Notes under the pieces: generated by a model
Databases searched by the model: none
The model's input: only the letters and a program-made list of their open reading frames with translations
Told to the model about the DNA's origin: nothing
Assembly: GCA_026770705.1 (NCBI GenBank)
Contig: JANJGN010000007.1
Location: 97,340,001-97,404,000 of the forward strand
Origin: Isurus oxyrinchus
Lineage: Eukaryota
Length of the DNA stretch: 64,000 bases
Direction: 5' to 3'
Shown: positions 53,601 through 64,000 of the stretch, in pieces
Layout: each line of letters begins with the position of its first letter
Numbering within the stretch: the stretch's first letter is position 1
Program-made: the position numbers and the translations under genes

Positions 53601-54534
53601 CTGCTTCTAAAAGGAGAAGAGTTCCTTGCCATTCAATAGTTTCCTGGTAAATATACTGTCTCGGTTGTGGTGTCATTCTAATCATATTTTTTGCATCCTA
53701 TCCAAGGTCTATTACAGAATGGACATGAGAAAATTTCACAGTGCTCCAAATGTTGTCCCACTCTCCTTGCAAGGTTACCTTAATTGCTCAGTGTTGCAAT
53801 TCTCACTGTTGACATAAATATAGCTAAATGTATCAAATATTGCGGATAAATTGGTGAACTCTAATACAAAATAAAATGGAAGGAGATTGATATCAGATAT
53901 TTAACTCTATGCATATTCTAAAGAATGATTCAAAGCTGAACAATCGACTGAGATATAATCGGGAAAATAAGGAAAAAATATAAATGGGTGGATCTATTTC
54001 CATTGGTTACATTTAACGAACTTGAATGTCTGCTGATAGCAGAAATTCTTATATTAAGGATGGTTGATAGCATATCAACCACAAGAAAGCATATACAGTT
54101 AACAGCATGTGGACAAATAGAAGAATAAAGAAACAGAAGAGCAATAGTAAAGGAAGATTTCAAATCTCCACACATAGACCTGGTTGAAAAAGGAGGATAG
54201 CTTTTACATTGTGATGAGTGCTGCTATGAAGAAAGAAAAACTTAAATTTAAGCTTATAAGGAAGGATGTAGAGCTCGTTTTAGTACTAGCAAGGGTGCTG
54301 GCCAGTAGATAATAGAATGCCAGGGGATGTTTAGGAGACAGCGTTAAACAAACAAACAGACAAATGAAAAGCAGATGAAAGAATCACAAAAAGACTTAAA
54401 ATAAGACAGCTTCAATTCTTGAGAGCATTTAAGAGTCAACTGCATTGAAGAGGGCCTGGAGTTACATGCAGTGGAGACCAGGTAATGGAGGCACTTTTTT
54501 CCCCTGAAATGCACTAGAGAACCAGTTGTGAGCA

Positions 54535-55755
54535 TAGGAACATAGCATCAAGAGTAGGCCATTCAGCCTGTCGAGCCTGCTCCACCATTCAAATAGGCGA
54601 TGGCTGATCTTTCACCTCAAAACACGTTATCCCCGTATCTTTTCATATGCTTATTATTGAGAAATATATCTATCTCTGTCTTGAAGATAATCAATGACTG
54701 TGCCCCCACAGCTTTCTAGTTTAGAGGACTCCAAAGGTTCATCACCCTCTGGCTGAAGAAATTGAACATCAACTCAATCATAAATGGCCTACGTCTTATC
54801 CTACGATGGTGCTCACTGGTTCCCGACTCCCAAGCCAGGGGAAGCATCATTGCTGCGTCTACCATGGCAAGCCCTGCATTCTTTCATGACATCACCAGTC
54901 ACTCTTCTAAAGTCTAAAGAGTACAGGGCCAATATCCTCAATCTCTCCTCACAGGAAATTCCCGCCATCCCAGCAATCAATCTGGTGAACCTTGCCTGCA
55001 TACCCTCTATGACAAATATATCCTTCCTCCTGTAACAGAACAAAAACTGTGCATTATACTCCAGGTGCATTCTCACCAGGGATCTATTCAATTACAGCAA
55101 GACATCTTTACTCCTGCACTCAAATCCTACTGCAATAATGAGCAACATACCATTTGCCTTCCTAATTAATTGTTGCACCTGTATGTTAGCTTTCAGTGAT
55201 TACGAATACGAACACCCAGACCCCTTTGGGCAACAACACTTCTCAATCTCATACCATGTAATAAATACTATGAATTTTGGATTTTCGTGTCCAAAATGGA
55301 TAACTTCAGATGTTCAACATTCTATCACATCTGCCATGTTCTTGCCCATTCAGTTAGCCAGTTTAAATCACCTTTAAGACTCTTTGAATCCTTCTCACAG
55401 CTCACCCTCTCACCAAGTTTCAATCATAAGCAAATTTGGAAATTTTACATTTCGCCTCCATATCCAAATCACTGAGAAGATTATGAACATCTGGGCGAAA
55501 ATCACTGATCTTTGTGGTGCCATTCACTAGTAACAGCCTAACAACCTGAAAATGAACTGTTTGCACAAACACTCTGCTTTCTGTACCGTAATCAAATTCA
55601 GTCCATGCCTTATATTATCTCCGAACTCATTTTACTTAGTCACCTCTTTTGTGTGAGAAATTATCGAAAGCCTTTTGAACGTTCCATTGCACCAGATCCG
55701 CTGACCACCCCCTCCACCGCCTGCCTTCCACCACAGACACACACACACACACACA

Positions 55756-55788
<33 letters not shown>

Positions 55789-57855
55789 GCATTTAGTATC
55801 TCAACAGCCACCTCTTTCAACACATGGAAATGTAGGTCATCAGTTCCAAGGGATTTCTCAACTTTCAATCCAAATAATTTCTCCAGTAAAGTTTTTTTAT
55901 GCAATGCTAATACTTTCCAGTTCTACAATCTCACGTTCTTTTGTTTCCCTAGTATTTTAGGTATTTTTTCTCTATATTCCTTTTTCTCCATTATAAATTC
56001 TCCTGTCTCTGCCTGTAAAGGGTCCACATTTGACTTCGCTAATCACTTCCTTTTTTAGATACCTATAGGATACTTTCCAGTCCATTTTTATGCGTTTTGC
56101 TAAATTACTTGCATATTCTAATTTCTTCTAATTTCAGATCCTTGGCTCGCCTTTGCTGAATTCTAAAATGCTTCCAATCCTCAGTCTTACCACTTTTTTG
56201 GCAAATTCATAAGCCTTCGATCTGATAAATTCCTTAATTTAAGTTTATCCGCCATCATTAAATCCCTTTAACTGCCATGTTTTTTGCACCTTAAAAGAAT
56301 GGAAATATATTGTAATCCACTTATTTATCATTTAAATACTAATCATGTCAGAATACAGCCATGCCTTTTATTGTAGCTTCCAAATCTACTACCACCAACT
56401 TGTCATTCATGGTTACTTTTGTTTAAGTTTAACATCGTTGTTTCATCCTAGTTGAATGTCAACACATGCATTCTTGGCGTGAACCTAATACATATTATGG
56501 TCTGATCCTCCTCAAATAATCATCAGTGTTTATTAATTCGTGATTTCTCAGTGTGCAAAACTAGGTCTAAAATATATCTTCCACTGGTTGGTTCCTCAAC
56601 ATACTGCTCTAGAAAGCCATCTTGTATACATTTCAGGACTTCATCCTTCATGGCATTAGTGCTACTTGGGTTTGCCCAAGCTATACGCTGATTGAAGTCT
56701 GCAATGGTTACTGTGTTGCCTTTATTGCATGCACTTCCAATCTCCTGATTCATACATGTCTTGCATCTCCATTAACATTCCATAGCCTGCAATGAATTCT
56801 TTCCAATGTTTTCTGCCATTGCTTTGACTTAGGTCCAGCTAAACCGATTAAATATCAGGGTCTTCTGATAAAAGACCTTCTCTCAATTATGTACTGATTG
56901 CATCCTTTATCAACAGTGCTATCCTACCTCATTTTAGTTCCTCCCTATCCTTCCTAAATGTCGAATAAATGCAGTTCCCAGCCTTGGACACCCTGCAGCC
57001 ATGCCTTTGTAATGGTAATTAGATCATTTCCGCTTACTTATATTTGCCCCACAATTCACCTGACTTGTTGCAAATGCTGCATGCTTTCACATAGAGTGCC
57101 TTTAATGCTGTACTTTTTCTCTATTGTTATTTTAGCAAACTTTAGCCTCACCTGCTGGCACACTCTTAAGTTTGTTCGCTCTGTCCCTTCATGCCACATT
57201 TCCCTTCCTGAAACCTTGCTCTTGTACCTGCCTTTCTCTCTTTCATTTCTCACATCGTCCCTCACATGATCCCTTTCCCCCAGTATTTAGTTTATAACCC
57301 TCTCTACCACCCTAGATTTATGAATTACCAAAAGACTTGTCCCTGCACAGGTCAGTGAGCACCGCCCCAATGCGACAGCTCCCAATTTCCCCGGTAATGC
57401 TGTCGGAACCCCACAAAACCAGATCCATTTCTTCCACATCGATCTTTCAGGCACGCATTCAAATCTACAATGTTAATTTCCCGACACCGACTTGCATGTG
57501 GCTCAGGTGGTAAACCAACTTTGAGGATATGCCAAATAATTTAGCCACTAACTGCAAGCAGTCTCTAAGCAGAGACTCTTTCCTAGTCCTACATATGTCA
57601 TTGTTACCTGTGTGGACCACAACAACGGGATACTCCCACTCCCCACTGCAAGTTCCTCTGCTGCCCAAGGCAAGTGACCCAAAGCCTGGCACCAGCCGGG
57701 AAATACGACCTTCTGCATTCTAACATGCAGCTGCATAGAACTGTCTCTATCATAGTAACAATACAGTTCTCTACTGCCACCACGTTCCCAAAAAAATCCG
57801 TCCAATTGAACAGCTTCCTGTACCTTAGTGTCATGGTCATTTTGAACATTCACCC
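54535..57855 (-). mobile_element. Long decayed CR1 (ORF1 esterase to 3' tail)
   Basis: VVVHTGNNDI, IADFN, YVEEPTSGRYILDLVL, LVRMHLEYNAQF; tail cataggaacatag. Confidence 0.85.
55733..55787. repeat. (CA)n microsatellite
   Basis: Directly visible. Confidence 0.95.
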
Positions 57856-58199
57856 TGCAGACCCAACATTAACCAATCAAGGCTGCAAGAACCTGAAACT
57901 GGTTGAATGTATGAAATAGGGACTTTAAAGAAATTGTGTTTTTTGACCTGTGATGAGCTGTCAAGGAAACAGCTGGCACAGCATTTATATACACACGGAC
58001 ATATAAATGATGAGCAGGAAAGGGAGTTAATAATGGATAATATGGAAATGGTGCATGCAATGACCAAAATATATTTTCTGTCTTCACTATAGGGGATGAA
58101 TAAAATATTCCAGTAATAGCTGTAAATCAAGTCACAGACAGGGCGAGGAGAACAGGGTGAAATTACAATCAATAGGAAGTGGTATTTATCCAACTGGTG

Positions 58200-59655
58200 G
58201 CGCTGCGAGCTGACAAGTCTCCACGTCTCAAAAGAGGTAGCTAATTAGGTAGTAGATGCATTGGTGTTAATTTTCTAAGATTCGCTAGATTCTGGAAATG
58301 TCCCATCAGACTGGAAAGTAGCAAATATCACCTTTCTAGTCAAGAAGGGAGGCGGAGGCAGAAATCAAGAAACTATAGGGCTGTCAGTTTGAAGTCTGTT
58401 TTAGGAAAAGTGTTAGAATCAATAATTAGGGCTGTAACAGCTGGATACTTAGAAAAACTCAAAGGTAATCAGCATGTTTTTGTGAAAAGAAAATAATGTT
58501 TAACAAACGTATTGGAGCTTGTTGAAGGAGTAACATGAACTATGGATAAAAGGGAGCATGTAGGCATGTTAAACTTGGATTTCCAGAGAGCATTTGATAT
58601 GGTGCCACATCAAAGGTTATTGAGGAAAACAAAAATTCATGGTTTAGGTGGCAACAAACTGATTTGCATAGAAGATTGGCTGGCTGGCAGAAAACAGAGT
58701 GTATGGATAAATTTTGTTTTGGCAGGCAGGATGTGACGAGTGAAGTCCCGGAGGGGTGTGTGTTGTGGCCTCCAATTTACAATTTATATCAATGACTTGG
58801 ACAAAGCGAGTGAAGGTGGGGTAGTTAAATTTGCAGATGGCAGAGAGATAAATAGGAACATATATGCTTAGCTGGACATAAGGATACTGCAGACAGGTAT
58901 TGATAAGTTCAGGGAGTAGGCAAAGCCCTGGCAGATGGAGTATAATGTGGGAAAATGTGGCAGGATGAATAATAAATAAGTGTATTACTAAAATGGAGAA
59001 CGGCTGCAAATTCCGAGGTGCAGAGGGATATAGATGTTCTCGTGATTAAAAGTAAAAGCTACTATGCAGATACATCAAGTAAGTAAGGCAGCAAATGGAA
59101 TGCTACATTTAATTACAAGAGGAATTCAACATAAAAGTAAGCATGTTATGCTTCAGTAAACAGGACACTTGTGAGACAACGTCTTGAATATTGTGTGCAG
59201 TTTTATTCTCCTTATTTAAGGAAGGATGAAAAAGAGTTGGAGATGGTTCAGAGGATGTTTACTAGATTGGAACCTCGAATGAGCAGATAGTTTTTCGAGG
59301 AATGGTTAGACAGACTGGCTTGTTTCCACCGGAGTTTGGAAGAATGAGGGTTGGCTTGAACAAAATACGTAAAATCCTGAGGACATTGAGAAGGTGAACT
59401 TATAAACGATGTTTCCTTTTGTTTCCAGAACTACGGGGCACCGTTGTAAAATTAGGAGTTATCTATTTAGGACAGAGATAAGATTTGTTTTTTTTTTTCT
59501 TTCTCAGAGGTCTGTCTGCCACTGAAAGTGATGGAGGCGGGGTCATTGGCTTTTTTAAGAGGAGGTAAATCGATTCTTGTTAGGCAAGGGAATGGAAGGT
59601 TATCAGTGTATTTAGGAACGTGGAATTCGACACACTAATGGAGCAGTCATGATCT
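58200..59655 (+). mobile_element. CR1 RT/3' half
   Basis: LDFQRAFDMVPHQRLL and CR1 3' UTR. Confidence 0.85.
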
Positions 59656-60570
59656 TATCAAATGGATTAGCAAGGATATTGACAGTACTACCAACGATAT
59701 TGATGGGACGAGAAAGGAAGTTCTTCTCAAATAATTTGAACAATTGTGGGCTAAATTGAAATGCACAACCGAGAACCTCGGGATTACAGCATGAGCCAGA
59801 GTACATAAATTCTACAAGTCAAATGCCTGGCTCAAAGGTTGGTGTGGAAGGATTGGGTTTAAGTTCATGGGGCACTCGCACCAGTATCGGGGTAAAAGGG
59901 AGCTGTTTACGCTGGGACAGGCTTCACTGGAACTGGGCTGTGACCTGTGTCCTGGCAAACTGAATAACCAGGACTTTAGAAATGTCTTTAAACTAAATGC
60001 TTGGCAAAGGTGGGGTTGGGGGGGGGTGGGGGGGTGCATGGTGTTGCTGGAGAGGAGATATGTGGGCTAACAAAGCAAATGGATATGGAAGCATTGAATG
60101 GCAACTATTTATGTATTGATACCCAGAGTGTGACAGAAAGGAACAGAGGGCATAAGTTAAAAAAAAGGACAGCAAATAGTGGGGAAGAATGGTTAAAAAG
60201 GCAAAATTAGTTTTACTTAGTTGAATGCATGTAATATTCGGAATATAATTAATGGATTAATGTCACTATTAGGGGTGAACGGGCATGATTTTGTAACCAT
60301 TATGGAGATGTGGTCAAGGAGAAAAAAAGCTGGAAACTAAATCTTCATGGTATGTGACTTTTCGAAATGACAGGCAGGAAGGAAAGGATGGTGGGGTAGC
60401 TTTCTTAGCACGAGATGAAATAAGAACGGTAGCAATAAATGATTTTGGATCAGAGATGTAGAATCCGTATGGGTGACCTAAAAAATAACAAGGAGAAGAA
60501 GGCATAGATGAGAGTAATCTACAGGACTCCCAACAGTAGCTATACTGTAGGACAGAATAAATATTGTTTT

Positions 60571-63480
60571 TACACACCTCCACATATTGAAGAGCAAATA
60601 TGTGCTCAATTTGTGGAGGTGTGTAAAAACAATAACAATTGGGTAATTATATTGGGTGATTTCAACTTTCCCAACATTAATTGGGATAGACATAGTGTTA
60701 CAGGTTTGGATGGAGTGGATATCTTATAACGTGTACAGGAGAATATTTTAGGTCAATTAGTAGAGGGTCCAACAAGGGACAATGCAATGCTAGACCTAAT
60801 TCTGGGGAATGAAGCCAGACAGGTGGTTCAGGTTGTGGTGGGCAAGCATTTTACTGATAGCGACCACAACATGATACAGTTTAAATTTGTTGTAAGACAA
60901 AGAAATCGACAAGCTGCAAAAAAAAGTGTTTTGAATTGGGGGAGAGTGGATTTCAGTAAAATATGGGAACAGTTAATTGTGGTGAAATCTACAGAGGAAC
61001 AGTGGGGGGCGATCGCACAGGAAATGGGGAGGGTATAGGCTCAAAATATTCCCTCTAGGATAAAAAGAAGGAGTAACAAGCCCAGAGAACCATGGATGAC
61101 CAGGGATATTCAGCTTACCATGGGAAGGAAAATACAGGCTTTTAGCAGGTACAAGGAAGCTGTAGAGGCATTAATGGAGCACAGAGAGTGCTGGGAGGCC
61201 CTCAAGAAAGCAAAGAGGGGATATGAGAAAGCTCTGGCTGGTACATTTAGGGAAAAGCCCAAGATATTCTATAAGTATATCAATGGGAAACAGATAACAA
61301 AGGAAAGAGTAAGGCCCATAAGGGACCAAGGGGGCAATCTATGGGTGGAGCCAAAGAACATCACTAGAGTGTTGAATAAATTCTTCACATCCATTTTCAC
61401 CCAAGAGAATGCGGGTGAAGGTATCAAACTTGGAGAGAGAGACTGCGAGGTCTTTATGCAAACTGATATAGGGAGTGACAAGGGATTGGAAGTGTTGGCA
61501 GGCTTAAAAGTGGACAAATCTCCAGGTCCCAGTCCCTTGAGGGAGGCAAGGGAGGAGATCGCAGGTGCTCTGACTAAAATGTTTAATTCCTCTCTGGCCA
61601 CGGGGGAGGTGCCAAAGTACTGGAGAACAGCTAATGTGGTTCCGCTATTTAAGAAGTGTAGTAGAGATAAGCCAGGGAACTACAGGCCGGTGAGTCTATC
61701 GTCAGTGGTAGGGAAGCTATTGAAGAAATTTCTGAAGGAGAGAATCTATCTCCACTTTGAGAGGCAATGTTTGATCATGGATAGTCAGCATGGCTTTGTC
61801 AGAGGGAGGACATGCCTAATAAATTTAATTGAATATTTTGAGGAGATGACCAGGTGTGTAGATAACGGTAGCACAGTTGATGGAGTTTATATGGATTTCA
61901 GCAAAGCCTTTGAAAAGGCCCCACATGGGACACTTATAAAGAAGGTAAAAACACATGGAAAATAGGGTAATTTGATAAGGTGGATTCAAAATTGGCTTAG
62001 ATGTAGGAGGCAGAGGGCGATGATAGAATGATGCTTTAGTGGCTGGAAGCCAGTATCCAGTGACGAACCACAGGGATCAGTGCTCGGTCCCCTCTTATTT
62101 GTTAATTAACTAAACGACATATGTGACTATGTGGGGGGTAGGATTAATAAGTTTGCGGATGGCACAAAGATTGGCCTGTGGTTAACAGTGAGGTTGAGTG
62201 TCTTGGGCTACAGGACAATATAGAGTGGATGGTCAAATTGGCAGATAAGAGGCAGGTGGAAATTAACACTGAAAAATGTGAGGTGATACAGATTGGAGGA
62301 AGTAATTTGACAAAGAATTATTCAATGAACGGGCATGGCACTAGGAAATTCTGAGGAACAAAGGGACCTTGGTGTGTGTGTCCATTGATCTCTGAAGCTG
62401 GAGGGGCATGTTAGTGGGGTGGTGAAAAAAGCATTTGGGACTGTTACCTTTAACAATCGAGGCATAGACTACCAAAGTGGGGAGGTCATACGGGACAAAA
62501 ACAGAATTACCTGGAAAAACTCAGCAGGTCTGGCAGCATCAGCGGAGAAGAAAAGAGTTGACATTTCGAGTCCTCATGACCCTTCGACAGAACTTGAGTT
62601 CGAGTCCAAGAAAAAGTTGAAATATAAGCTGGTTTAAGGTGTGTGTGTGGGGGGCGGAGAGAGCTCTCTGTCTCTCTCTTTCTCTCCGCCCCCCCACACA
62701 CACACCTTAAACCAGCTTATATTTCAACTCATTCTTGGACTCGAACTCAAGTTCTGTCGAAGGGTCATGAGGACTCGAAACGTCAACTCTTTTCTTCTCA
62801 GCTGATACTGCCGGACCTGCTGAGTTTTTCCAGGTAATTCTGTTTTTGTTTTGGATTTCCAGCATCTGCAATTTTTTTGTTTTTATCTCTGAGGTCATAC
62901 GGGAGTTGTATAGTACCTTGGTGAGGCCATAGCTGGAGTACTGCGTGCAGTTCTGTTTGCCACCTTATAGGAAGGATGTGATTGCACTGGAGGGGGTGCA
63001 GAGGAGATTCAACGGCATGTTGCCTGGGATGAAACACTTAAGTTATGAAGAGAGGTTTGATAGACTTGGGTTCTTTGCAGTGATGCAAAGAATGAGGGGT
63101 GACCTTATCGAGGTGTACAAGATTATGAGGGGCGTGGACAGGGCAGATAGGGAGCAGCTTTTCCCCTTAGTTGAAGGTTCAGTCACAAGGGTTCATAAGT
63201 TCAAACTGAAGGTCATGGGGATTAGGGGGGCTGTGAGGAAAAACTGTTTTACCCAGAGGGTGGTGATGGTCTGGAATGCACTGCTTGGGAGGGTGGTGTA
63301 GGATGGTTGCCTCACATCCTTTAAAAAGTAGCTGGATGAGCACTTGGCACGTACTAACATTCATGGCTATGGGCCAAGTGCTGGTAAATGGGATTCGGTA
63401 GGTAGGTAAAGTATTTGTCACGTGCCGGTGCAGACCCGAAGGCTCGAAGGGCCTCCTCTGCACTGTGATTCTGTGATTTT
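60571..63480 (+). mobile_element. Younger CR1, most of ORF2 plus 3' tail
   Basis: ILGDFNFPNINW; 289-aa ORF with PGNYRPVSLSSVVGK, SQHGFVRGR, YMDFSKAF; tail ctgtgattctgtgatt. Confidence 0.92.
62496..62890. mobile_element. Second fold-back Penelope-like insertion (hammerhead-like motifs at 62556-62594 - and 62750-62788 +)
   Basis: Inverted arms of about 165 bp meeting in a GA/TC tract; exact 14-bp TSD gaggtcatacggga (62482-62495, 62891-62904). Confidence 0.92.
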
Positions 63481-64000
63481 GCTATTCCGATTATTTGAAA
63501 TCAGGAGATGCAAAATATTCAGAACACGAACCACGGGTGATGTTAATCTTAATGAAAATTGGGAAAATCGAATTAGCAGACATAGCCACGAGCAATAATT
63601 CATAGGGTATTCGGGACAGTTTATTGGAACAATATGTTCTTGATACAACCAGGGATCAGGTTATTATGGATCTGGCGATGTGTAATGAGGCTGGTTTAAA
63701 TGATCTGAGTGAAAGATGCCAGAGGAAACAATGAGCATAACATGGTAGAATTTAGCATTCGATTTGAGAGTGAGAAACCTGGTCAGAAGCAAATGTGCTA
63801 AACTTAAATAAAGGTTATTACAAAGGAATGAGGGCAGAGTTGCTTGGACTGGACTGGGAGAGAAGTTTAACAGAAAAGGCAGCTGATGATCAAAGGCAGA
63901 TGCTTAAGAAAATTACTGATGACTCACAGCAAATATACATCCCAGTGGAAACGAAGGATTCTAGAAAGGTAATAAACAAAATATGGTTAACCAAGGAAGT

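Larger units (their letters stand above)
59660..64000 (+). mobile_element. Older CR1 (59660-60570 resuming at about 63490-64000), host of a younger CR1
   Basis: APE frame YRTPNSSYTVGQN breaks at about 60570 and continues as NQE...GDVNL...YVL after 63490. Confidence 0.7.

Noticed and set aside
61096-61965. Longest ORF (289 aa) as a host or domesticated gene
   Set aside because: Fragment of CR1 ORF2 bounded by stops and frameshifts.

Overview
Repeat-dense vertebrate genomic DNA, most likely a cartilaginous fish (inferred from the CR1, Penelope-like, Tx1, Harbinger and tRNA-SINE content). Most short ORFs in the track are decayed transposon fragments. One host gene can be fully reconstructed on the + strand at 35514-46256. 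It has six phase-compatible exons (leader, V, C1, TM, cytoplasmic, ITIM; 885 nt, 294 aa) and encodes a non-rearranging immunoglobulin-superfamily receptor. Its germline-joined VJ-type domain is unusually short, and it has one antigen-receptor-type C1 domain, an uncharged TM and an ITIM. An in-frame TAA cuts off a second tyrosine motif 23 codons after the first. The second notable system is a Penelope-like retroelement family whose 3' repeats carry a minimal hammerhead-ribozyme motif with a variant core. Two copies are non-coding, TSD-flanked fold-back hairpins. Also present: a near full-length Tx1 LINE inside a Harbinger transposon, multi-level nested insertions, a candidate solo LTR, a perfect 79-bp templated inverted insertion, and a possible orphan ITIM-like terminal exon on the - strand at the left edge. 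Repeat boundaries without TSDs are approximate and family names come from recognised motifs, not database searches.
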